Shown: one piece after another, positions 48,494 to 57,900 of the stretch
How positions within the stretch are numbered: position 1 is the stretch's first letter
Layout of the letters: each line of letters opens with the position of its first letter
Assembly (NCBI GenBank): GCA_047495785.1
Contig: JBLDXI010000010.1
Location: 868,001 to 932,000, forward strand
DNA from: Lepidodermella squamata
Lineage: Eukaryota; Animalia; Gastrotricha
Direction: 5' to 3'
Length of the DNA stretch: 64,000 nt
Program-made: the position numbers and the translations under genes
The notes under the pieces: model-generated
What the model saw: the letters and a program-made list of their open reading frames with translations, nothing else
What the model was told of the DNA's origin: nothing
The model's database searches: none

Positions 48494-48693
48494 AGTAGTA
48501 AGGATGGGAACTTTGGATCAGTAATAGCAGTACGGCGATTTTTACTATAGCCGTTTGGTATAAATATACGCAATTTGGGATCAGTAATGGCAGTACGGCG
48601 ATTTTGACTATAGCCATTTGGCATAAATATACGAGCGTTGTATCAGTAATAGCACTACGGTCATTTTTACTATAACCGTTTCACATAAATATA
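48494..48693 (+). repeat. Left TIR with three 63-bp tandem units
   Basis: Unit GATCAGTAATAGCAGTACGGCGATTTTTACTATAGCCGTTTGGTATAAATATACGCAATTTGG at 48516, 48579 and ~48641, decaying inward. Confidence 0.93.
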
Positions 48694-48859
48694 TAAGTGC
48701 GTTTTATCCGTTGCCCCATAAATGTACGCAATGTTTATGATAAAATATACAGCGGGCATACTTTTTTTCTAAAACTATTATGAGTCATGCTTTTGCATTC
48801 TTTCTGGGAATTAATTTGTAATATAAAAAATGCACACATGATAATTTATTTTTAATTTT

Positions 48860-49135
48860 TCAATCTTTGTAACAGTAATTACAATTCCAATCACCACAAT
48901 CTAGGCTGCATGCCTGATCTCTTGCTCGAGTTGCTATCATAAATCGTGATGCATCATTGATCAATTGTTCAACCTCCAATTGTGTGTTCAACATTTCGTT
49001 TATAGCTGCTGTCATTGCTCGTTGCAGATGGTCAATGCTTAGCAGTGCTTGATATAAGCGTTCACGACTAAACATAACAGAATTTATTCAAGATTTTTTA
49101 AGAAAGAACCAAACTTACATGTCTTCTGCTTCCAT
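48860..49135 (-). CDS. Small spliced orphan protein of the element (MEAEDIRERLYQALL...CSLDCGDWNCNYCYKD)
   Basis: ATG 49135; a 17-nt exon; intron GTAAG..TTTAG 49118-49068 (51 bp) joins in frame to ORF 48860-49075. The body is coiled-coil-like with a C-terminal Cys4 cluster. Minus-strand AATAAA at 48845-48850. Confidence 0.6.
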
Positions 49136-49204
49136 CAATTTTCTTAGTTTCCAAAAAGATACTTGATTAGATACAGTAATCTAAGAACTCAAGCTAGCTC
49201 ATCT

Positions 49205-49468
49205 TTTTTCCTGCTTTGTCCATTAGCTTATATAAATACACCTTACTTTCCATTAACCTTTTTTGTAAATAAACATTACTTTCTCCTATCAATCCCCCTT
49301 AACTTTAATCTAAAATATAATAAATATTTTTTACTTTGGCCATTAGCATTTATAAATACTCCTTTCTTTCCTGATATGTCCATTAACTTGTTTTGTAAAT
49401 AAACTTTACTTTCTCCTATCAATCCAACTTAACTGTAATCTAAAAAATATAAGAAACATTTTTTTACT
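49205..49468. repeat. Degenerate ~130-bp direct duplication in the divergent intergenic/promoter region of the element
   Basis: Two copies of CCATTAGC..TATAAATAC..CCATTAAC..TTTTGTAAATAAAC.TTACTTTCTCCTATCAATCC..CTTAACT.TAATCTAAAA. Confidence 0.8.
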
Positions 49469-49528
49469 CAAGGAAAATCGAATAAAAGCAAAGATTAAGG
49501 TAGGGATAGCAAGGTCAAATAAGTTGCT

Positions 49529-50332
49529 ATGATTATTGGCTATGATGAATCTTATGAAGCGATTTTCTACCGAGAAGATTTACTTTTTCCTCCGAAATCA
49601 TTAAATATATCACTAAATACCCTCTCTGGACGCATTACATTCGCTGAAGTCGCCATATTCGATTTGATTGCCAACTCGAAAGGCCAACATATTACTATCG
49701 ATCATGTTTATCTCGGCTACAAAAGAGCCGTTGCTCGTCTCTTCCCATCAACCCACGATGGCACGAATTTTCAACATTTTGCCGAATATAATTTAGCTAC
49801 CTGTGCTTCCATCGTTGGGCATGATTTATGGAAGAGCATCCTAAATGATACTACCACGCTCCTTGTTCGCCAGGATGATTTATGGTCGTCCATTTGTCAC
49901 TCAATTATTTTTACTGAAAGTGATTACCTTTTGGATGATTGCCTCGACGATAGCCCTAACCCTATTGTGTCTGGCCTGGAAGAAAGTTTCTGGTATGGCC
50001 TAACGGCACACCCTACCTACACCGAAGGCCGATATATCTACATCCAACATTTATTTTACGATTTGTTAAAAAACTTTAATGGTGTCAGCGTAAACCTGCG
50101 GCACATATTCTACCTTTTACTTCGGGCAGGTCGTAGGGTCTCAGTAGAAATGCAGAACGTCGTACCTCCACCCTATCAACACGCTCAGAAAATTCCATGG
50201 GCATCAGTCATCGATGTTCTTAATGGTCAGCAGGAAGGTGCGAATAGTAAATGGCCGGGCATCATGCAACGCTCCATCGCACTACAACCTGTCGCTACCG
50301 TCTTACCTTTCAACAACAGCTCTTCGACCTAA
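49529..50332 (+). CDS. Orphan 267-aa protein of the element
   Basis: Uninterrupted ATG-initiated ORF in AT-rich sequence with globular composition. No family recognised. Contains PPPY. Confidence 0.65.
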   Translation: MIIGYDESYEAIFYREDLLFPPKSLNISLNTLSGRITFAEVAIFDLIANSKGQHITIDHVYLGYKRAVARLFPSTHDGTNFQHFAEYNLATCASIVGHDLWKSILNDTTTLLVRQDDLWSSICHSIIFTESDYLLDDCLDDSPNPIVSGLEESFWYGLTAHPTYTEGRYIYIQHLFYDLLKNFNGVSVNLRHIFYLLLRAGRRVSVEMQNVVPPPYQHAQKIPWASVIDVLNGQQEGANSKWPGIMQRSIALQPVATVLPFNNSSST

Positions 50333-50500
50333 TTTGGTCAGTTTATTTTATTTATATAATGCCTTTGTTATTTATTCATTCCTAATCAGAAGGTTCTGGG
50401 GCTCAGCAACTCCAACCAATCACCGCGGCCGGCTTCCGTCATTCGATCATTTTTCATTTCAAACGCAAGAACTTTGAATATTATTCTTCTTACTGAATTT

Positions 50501-51612
50501 ATGGAAGCTTTCTTCAATTCATCTCCGGCTTCTCCATTGTTTTTTTCTAACAATGATTTCGTACCAATAAACCTGAATGAACCGAATACGAGTACGTTTA
50601 CCAAGGAACCTGTTGAACAAACATCAGCCTCTAGATTAGCAAAAACTGCGGTTCGTAATCAACCGAAACGCAATGCTAAACATAAAATTCAGAAAAAAGT
50701 CATAGGTACTGAGAAGAAATCAGTTGCGAAATCGGCGAAAACGCCATGCAAGGCGAAAAATAAACCAGCTGTTCCAATTACCAATCATGAGTCACGAAAG
50801 CAAGATTCTGTCGCCTCTTTTTTGGTCATGATTTGCCCTCAACCTATCGCAAAGTTCAAACAGAAACAGCTGAAATCAAGTATGTTACAAGCCTTCAATC
50901 AGCCGCATCACAGTCGACCACGATCATAAATTTGACTATATCCTATCCTGTTGATTTAAAGCTACAATCTAGCACTGAACCTTTTTTTCTATTGAAATCC
51001 CCACCATTAAATATGGAAGTAAATAATATACAATATGATATTGATTACTCTATTTCAAATATTATGGCTAAATCAAGGTCAAATTTTCTATTTAATTTAG
51101 ATAGTCTAGCCCTAATTTTACCTTGTGCAAAATATAACCCAAAAAAAATGTCGAGTGCTTTGTTCTATAAAGTACCTGCTTTTAACGCGACGTTTTTATT
51201 ATTTTCATCCGGAGCTATAATTTGTAGTGGTACCAAAACAGCCTCGAATTGTGTTACTGCTTTTGGAGTTCTTCAAGCTACACTCAGAAAAATTGTTAAT
51301 CGACGGTTGATAATCCGTGACCCAATAATTACTAATATAGTATTGTTCTACGATTTACATAAAACTGTCAATCTTAGCCTGCTAGCTTTTCAATTTCCTA
51401 AAATATGCGTTTACCAACCAGAATTTTTTCCTGGGTTGCGTATACGTGTTTTCTCCAAAGTCAGCACTAATGAAAATGAACCAAAGTTAAATGTATCTGC
51501 CACACTGTTTCACACTGGAAAAATGATTATGAGCGGCTGTTTTTCGTTATCTCTTATAAAAATAGCATTTGTTAAATTGGCGCCTTTTTTTCTGTATATC
51601 AAACAACAATAA
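50501..51612 (+). CDS. Divergent TATA-box-binding protein (TBP-like) with a basic N-terminal ORF joined by a one-base frameshift
   Basis: Both TBP repeats are present in ORF 50833-51612: SNIMA..NLDSLA..AKYNPK..TFLLFSSGAIICSG and TNIV..VNLSLLA..YQPEFFPGL..ATLFHTGKMIMSG. The Lys-rich ORF from ATG 50501 joins by +1 T at the T6 run 50818-50823. An alternative start is ATG 51013. AATAAA overlaps the stop. Confidence 0.88.
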
Positions 51613-51715
51613 AATGATTTAATGAATGAGGGAAGATTAATCGCGTGCCGTCTTTTTTAAGCTAAAATCATTATTTCTACTTTAATTAAATCTAATGAAA
51701 TAAGAATGTAAAACT

Positions 51716-52078
51716 TTAAGGGATGGGTTCTTTATATTGGCATAACTTTTCATGCCCAAAAATGAGGTCATAAGTTAGAGTAATGGGACAGCCTTTATCA
51801 GAATATTGGCATTTGTAAATCAAATTCGAGATAATGTTCGATAAAATTACAGGGGGTTTAACGAAATCTTTCCCTGTTAATGATTCGCGGCAAAGTGGAC
51901 AGCAACATACTGTTCGAGCTGAATTTTGAAAAATAGCGAGAACACATTTAGTACAAAATAAATGGCCACAGGGGCGCGTTTGAATAGGATTAAGTAGGAT
52001 AGATAAACAAATTGGACATTGCAAAGATTCAGCGTCTAAAATCTGGCTGTTCGAGAGCACAAGTCTTGTTGGATCCAT
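51716..52078 (-). CDS. RING-HC E3 ligase with TRAF/SIAH-type zinc finger (RNF41/RNF151-like architecture)
   Basis: CPICLSILLNPIQTRPCGHLFCTKC..CPLCR followed by KCQYSDKGC..FGHEKLC. The ATG is 10 nt after the dNK stop. Confidence 0.9.
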   Translation of the reverse strand: MDPTRLVLSNSQILDAESLQCPICLSILLNPIQTRPCGHLFCTKCVLAIFQNSARTVCCCPLCRESLTGKDFVKPPVILSNIISNLIYKCQYSDKGCPITLTYDLIFGHEKLCQYKEPIP

Positions 52079-52088
52079 CAATGAGGAT

Positions 52089-52853
52089 TCAAGTCTGAGA
52101 GATTACAGGCGTGATAAGAGAGGCAACATACTGAGAAGCTTGCTTTAGAACCTCAGAGGCATTCAAATTATCAGTGTCGATAACAAGCACGGGACATGGT
52201 AGGGATTTGTTTGTAGTCTCAACAGTACACATTTTTTCATGAAACTCATGTACGAGGCGTAAATAATCCAGTGATAATAGCATTTCAGAACCCCGAGCTC
52301 TAGCTACGGCTCTTTGACAAGCTATTTGGGGAGAGGAGCGCAAGTAAATAATAGCTTCAGTTTTTACAAAATTCGGCTCGAAATTATCATACAAATTCAT
52401 GAGAGCGTGATATTCGATAGAATTTATGCGCTTGGATGCATACGCACATGGGATAAAGACGTTTTTAGAACAGAAGGGCGTTCGATCATGCAGAACGATA
52501 GTATGCGCCCCGTAGATTTCAGGTTTGTGGTTAGGGGCTGAATAAAGGCCGCACATATCACTCGTGGCTACAATTTGAAAGTTGAACGCATTTTTCATCT
52601 GATAGTAATCTTTCAAAATGTTAGTTTTATCGTCATCAGTAAAGGACTCCCAACGATGAACAGGCTCGCAAATTGGCCACGCGGTATATCCCTGAAGTTT
52701 ACGGTTGAGTGAAGGTAGATTAGTGAGACCCTCGATTAAGGTTGATTTCCCGCTAAAACAAGAGACTTTAAATAGAATTCTATTCGGTGGAGTATATGAG
52801 ACTTACGCCCCAATGTTGCCGACTATGCCGAAATGGTAGACTTTAGGATGCAT
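52089..52853 (-). CDS. Deoxynucleoside kinase (dNK/TK2/dCK family), one intron
   Basis: MHPKVYHFGIVGNIGA|GKSTL: the P-loop is restored by removing intron 52753-52806 (GTAAGT..TTTTAG, 54 bp). Further motifs EPVHRW, FNFQ, LHDRTPF, IIYLRSSPQIA, lid RARGSE, LDYLRLVHEFHE. Confidence 0.93.
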
Positions 52854-53286
52854 CCAGCTTGCTTCAAGAAATATGCTAAGTGTATTCTTGAAGCATCTCT
52901 CTTAAATAGTCTGAGTGATATTTCCATAAAAGGAAAAAACAGGGAGATGTTTTGTTTGAATTGTTTTGGTAATTACACCGTAAAGGGTAAAAAATCCTAA
53001 TTGCTTTTTATTTTGATAAGTAAAAAATCGCATTGTTTAATTAGGGAGGATGTATAAGATTTATTGACATGATGTTTTCTTATTGAATTACCGACAGCAA
53101 TTAAGGAGGATGTATACAATACCAAGAATCTTTGATGAAAAGCATTAAAGCCAGCACTGAGGGGTCAACAGAGCTAAAGGCCCTAATGCATTTTTAAGGA
53201 AGATTGAATTACAAAAACAATATGCCTGAAAGGAGGTAGCCGCTCACATAAAAATCGAACCTCAGTAACAATATAAATTATAAAAT

Positions 53287-53790
53287 ATGAAGCTGAAGGT
53301 AGAGCTAACAAGTAACAAAGCTAAAGAACCGACAAAGCATACTAAAGGCTCTGTGGGTTGGGACATCTATTCAGCAGAAGAGACGACACTGCAACCTGGA
53401 ACCAGGGGACTGATTCAAACTGATATTAAAATCTGTTTACCACGAGGATATTATGGACAACTATTCAGTCGATCAGGAATGAGCATCAACCATGGAATCG
53501 ATACGGTCGCTGGAGTAATAGGTAAGAAGCAAATAATAATGAAAATTACTAATGAATATCTGTATTTTTCATGAATTAAAGACGCCGACTACACCGGAAA
53601 AATCGTAGTCTGCCTTGCAAACAACAGCAAAACACCTTACACGATTAAAATAGGCGACCGTATTACCCAGTTGGTGTGTTTAAAATATGGTCGCTTAGAA
53701 TCTGCAGTAACGGTAACGGGGCCATTGAAAAACGCTCTAGCAGCAAATTCGACCCGTGGCGATAACGGATTCGGTTCATCTGGACGTTAA
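53287..53790 (+). CDS. dut: Trimeric dUTPase, one intron
   Basis: Motifs SVGWDI (I), SRSG (II), AGVI|DADYTG (III, restored by removing intron 53522-53581, GTAAG..AAAG), GDRITQL (IV), RGDNGFGSSG (V). TAA 53788-53790; AATAAA at ~53889. Confidence 0.95.
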
Positions 53791-54056
53791 CCCCTCCAAT
53801 CCAGCCGCTACAAATCTCTGAACAAATGAATAGAAAAACTGATAAGACTTATCCCAGCTATAAATTCATTGCTTGAAACGTTAAGACTAATAAAAAGTGT
53901 TTGTGTGAATGAAAAAGGGCTCTATTGCAGCTGCACTAAAGAAGCAGTGTAAAAATGATTTGTTTAGCTCATAACAGGTGAAAAAACGAAGATTTGTTTA
54001 TTTTAGTTAGGTGAAATCATAGCAGTGGGTTAAAACGAAGGTATATTTACAAGAAG

Positions 54057-54243
54057 CGGCTATAGTACAAATCGCCGTACTGCTATTACTCATCCCCAAA
54101 TTGCGTATATTTATACCAAACGGCTATAGTAAAAATCGCCGTACTGCCATTACTGATCCCAAATTGCGTATATTTATACCAAACGGCTATAGTAAAAATC
54201 GCCGTACTGCTATTACTGATCCAAAGTTCCCATCCTTACTACT
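54057..54243 (-). repeat. Right TIR with 63-bp tandem units
   Basis: Reverse complement of the left TIR: two near-perfect units plus a partial third, ending CCTTACTACT. Confidence 0.93.
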
Positions 54244-54252
54244 GAACTTGTC

Positions 54253-56600
54253 TCACGATTTCGGCCATTTGTTAGTCCATACGGCAAAGTATGCGATCAT
54301 GAATGTTGACGTGGAGAGAAGGAGTTCACAGGCAGCCAACGCAATCAACTGATCAACCCATTTGCCTATCGAGCTAATGACGACCAATGACGCGCTGAGA
54401 ATAGTTGCCGAGTTAACAAGAGCGATTTTGATCGTAGCAATGTCTATTTCATAACCCTGTGGGCTCGAGTAGCCCCGTGTACCGTACAAAGTTACTCCAC
54501 CAAAACCGAGTAGAAGAAGATTTAAGCCGGCGAAACCAGCTGCCCAAGCGGGGAGGTAACTACTGTAACACCGCTCAGCGGTTGTTATCGTGTACATATC
54601 AAGCGAGATGTCGAATTTCACCGGGCTTTTTTCAACTATCCTGACCATCGGATCAACCACAACAAGCCATACTATGGAAATAATCCCGCAAATAGTTGAA
54701 AAGACAAGAGAAACCGTGATCGTGTGCCTAGCGTTTCGCCTTCCGGTGAACCGGGTTCTTAAATCATTCAGTTTGCTCATCTTACAGAAGTCTTTAGCCG
54801 ATAGCTGACGGTTCCTTCGTGCGTACTTCAAAATTTGATTCTGCGCAATCAAAAAAGCATTGTTTCCATTCTGAATCCCGACTGTCTTGTCGACTAATGT
54901 TATTGACCGGGCGCATAAGCTCCGGAAATGAAAGCGACACCTAACACTGGCAAGATTGCGATCACGGAACAAGTGTCATTCGTCACCATTTGCGAAATCG
55001 CTGCTGTATCGAGGAGCAAGGCCCCGGCTGCTACAACCCACGCGCTTGTAACATCGAAGTAAACACAAAGTTGTGCAGACCTATACTTCAACCAGCATGT
55101 CAGAGTAACGCAAACTAATCCAAACTTCATAGCAATGGAAATACCAGAAATCGCAACCAGCACATATGAAGTAGACGCAGATATTTTTAGCTGAACTATG
55201 AGAATATCCGATAAATCTTTTGGAGGGTTCCCTGAAGATGTCATCCATATCGGAAGCTTCGGAATTGGAAAGTAAGGTTCCATGCCAACATTTGAGAAAT
55301 TTTCTGCAGAGTTTAGTGGATTTTTTAAATAGACATTGTACAGATGTCTGACGTCCCCATTCAGTATTTGTGATATGGATATATTCTCCATGTCGACCTC
55401 TAATCTTGGCGAGAAAATGATTCGACTTACACGAACAGTAGTAACATCGAGCTCAATGGCCGAACGATTCAGAGCGGAGTAGACTAATGAAGGATTTGTC
55501 GAAAAGTCTGACAGTGTCATGTTGTAAAGGGTGTTCAAATAGTGCTCCGTTTTATTCAGAGTTGCTATTGCTGATGTTACAGCGTCCTGGCAGAAGAGGC
55601 GGGCCCCGTAGTCGGGAATTAAATATCCAGGTCTCCCAAGTTCCGTGTCCAAGCGGGTTTCAAATTCCGTAGCATTATAGCCAAGGCTACTTTTGCCGTT
55701 GAAAAGACCGCCTAGCAATTTAGTTAATCCAACCCAGAAAATGGTCGAAAGTTGCTGATACATTATTTCCGGCGGGTCACACTCTTTGGGGAACGGGACC
55801 ACCTTGTGATCCGGAAAGTAGCAATTGAAGGTTGCAATAAAGACGTAATGAGGCGCCTTAATGCCTGATTTGAAAGCCTGACACCAAAATCGCAAGCACA
55901 ATGAGTTTTGTGAAACAGCCATGGCCAAAAAGAAAATTCGAGCGTTACTAGCCTTCATTTCTGTTAAAAAGCCAGTCTTCGTGAAATCAACATCTGCGAT
56001 AACTGTAGCTACTTCGATGTCATTGTCTGCCGCAAGCTTGGTCAACATTTTTGCATAAATGTAGTCCTCTTGCCTAGCAGTGGTTATCAAGCCGATTTTT
56101 CGCCATTTCCCGACATCTTTCATGAATTTTATGACAGCCGTCGCCGTGTTTTCTATCGGCATTTGAGGTCGGAATGTTGCCATTGTTCCATGACGGGGCG
56201 TTAGAATGTTGACTGCACTACATCCGTGAGTAAATTGGAGCATGTTGTAGAATTTAGCGATGGGGGATGTCAGCTGGCAGTTAACTGTTCCACCTATAAA
56301 AAGAGGAGCGATTAGCGGGGTTCTGTCAGACCATTCCAATATCTTGACCAGATTGGCTGGAACACCCGTCCCCGCAAACCCTTTGTCTTCAACTTGCATG
56401 ACGAGTTTGTAGCGTGGCAATATTTCGGGGCGTTGGTTGGCTTCATCAGCGGCGACTTTGTATGATGCAAGGCAAGCAGTTCCATTCATGCCAGTTTGCT
56501 GGCTAGTTCTTGAGATGAAACTCACCAGTCTCAAAGGAACGTCCTTCAGGCCGTCCACTAGGATCACTGAAGCTAACAGAAAGCAAGTCAAGATATGCAT
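54253..56600 (-). CDS. Divergent class C GPCR, GABA-B-like, split by a 1-bp frameshift at ~54917
   Basis: ORF 54900-56600 has signal peptide, VFT, PPKD and TM1-3. ORF 54253-54972 continues LCARSITL..TM4-7. One extra T in GCTTATGC fuses the frames. Confidence 0.82.
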
Positions 56601-57114
56601 TCAAAATGTTCGCGTTGTTTAAAAAGCCTAGATCAATCAGCTTTATATCCTCAAGAGAGAAATGAAATTCGAGAGCAAAACGTACAAACATATGATAACT
56701 GATAGCAATAACACTACCTCTTTAAGCATTTCTTCCGTCCTAAGTTTTCAGCATATATGTCTTCCGGCTCTTTTAGTCTGTGGCTCACGTTGCCTCCAAC
56801 CTGGACAAATTCTAAAAGGGTGAGTGCAAGGATTTGAACTAGGGGGAAAGGATGATTTCGGTTGTTGCCCGCTTCAACAGCTCTTACGTAAAATCTATAA
56901 GCCATCGTTTAGCAAGGATTGACCATCGCGGCGTAACGGCTGCTGAGGCCTATGATTTTTAAGATGGCTGGAATCCATCTGAACGCTTCATGGCGTTCTG
57001 TTGGCCCATAAGTAGCACTGATTATCTGATATCTGCACTATAGAAAAATGAAGGGAAGTGCGAAGATTATTTAGGTAATTAGATTTGTTCCCTAATTTAT
57101 TTTCGATCTTTAAA

Positions 57115-57900
57115 TTATCCGATTGCCAGTTCCATTTCCAAGATGTCGACAGCCGCTTCAATGGACTTAACGTTGTAGTACATTGAAGCGCCAAGTTTCA
57201 ACAGACTTTGCATCAGCTGCGGCTCCTTTTTCACGAATCTTTCGAGTAGCGATTGCGATTTAGTACAGGCTTCTATTTTAAGGTGTTCAGACTTTTTACC
57301 CTGAAACAGGCCAACTCCAAGCTCAGCGACATGTTCGCCAATCAATGGTTGATCAGCTGTGATTGGGTTCACAAGAATCGGTGTGTTGGCTAGAAAAGCT
57401 TCGAGCAGGCTTTCCATGCCACCGTGACTGACAAACAAATGAATCGCAGGGTGGTTGAGGACTTTGATTTGGGCGACTCGTTTCTCCATTCGAAAATGAG
57501 GATACTTCTCCGGGTTTTGTAGAAGTTCCTCTGAAACTATCGCGCTCAGATTTGCACCACCGTAAGACCACAAAACGTTAACTTGATGACCAAAGGATGA
57601 TTGGCATTGAAGCCCTTCGAGCAGAGCCTTCAATGAGGAGTCAGTTGGCAACATACTAGAACCAAATGCTACATATATCACTTTCTTGCCTAGATTGAGC
57701 ATTGCCAAGCCATTTCTGCAGACTAGGATTCATTTCGTAGCTATCAGGCTCAATTATAGGACCTATCATGTGAATAAAAGGCGAGAGAGCGCTGGAATAT
57801 TCCCATCCGAAGAAGTTGGTAACAAAGAAGCGCACCATTGTGGCACAATGACATTCCTCAGGTTGCAGCATATGGCTAACTTTATCTAGGCCAAGCTTTA
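57115..57900 (-). pseudogene. Truncated, frameshifted duplicate of the UGT gene C-terminal half
   Basis: Near-identical to ~61990-62760 (HPAIHLFVSHGGMESLLEA..ITADQ). It lacks the N-terminal half and the C-terminal TM anchor, and has a frameshift near 57690. Confidence 0.88.

Larger units (their letters stand above)
48494..54243. mobile_element. Non-autonomous Polinton/Maverick-type element (5,750 bp) carrying a TBP/RING/dNK/dUTPase cassette
   Basis: Termini 5'-AGTAGTAAGGATGGGAACTTTGG...CCAAAGTTCCCATCCTTACTACT-3'. TIRs match perfectly for 112 bp and imperfectly to ~185 bp. A 6-bp direct repeat GAACTT lies at 48488-48493 and 54244-54249. AG..CT/(AGT)n termini with a 6-bp TSD are Polinton/Maverick hallmarks. 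The interior is visibly more AT-rich than the flanking genes. Confidence 0.87.

Noticed and set aside
48516-48693. 63-bp repeats as a CRISPR array
   Set aside because: The units are contiguous with no unique spacers, are mirrored as a TIR at 54057-54243, and sit in a eukaryotic context without cas genes.
50833-51612. The host's canonical TBP gene
   Set aside because: It is too divergent from the near-invariant metazoan core, is intronless, and lies inside TIRs.
48494-54243. Viral contaminant or chimeric join, or an autonomous Polinton
   Set aside because: The matching TSD and paired TIRs indicate a genuine insertion. No pPolB, integrase or capsid ORF is visible, so it is not autonomous.
54101-54352. 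ORF with a 21-aa repeat (RIFIPNGYSKNRRTAITDPK)
   Set aside because: It is a translation of the 63-bp TIR units, starts at TTG and crosses the element boundary.
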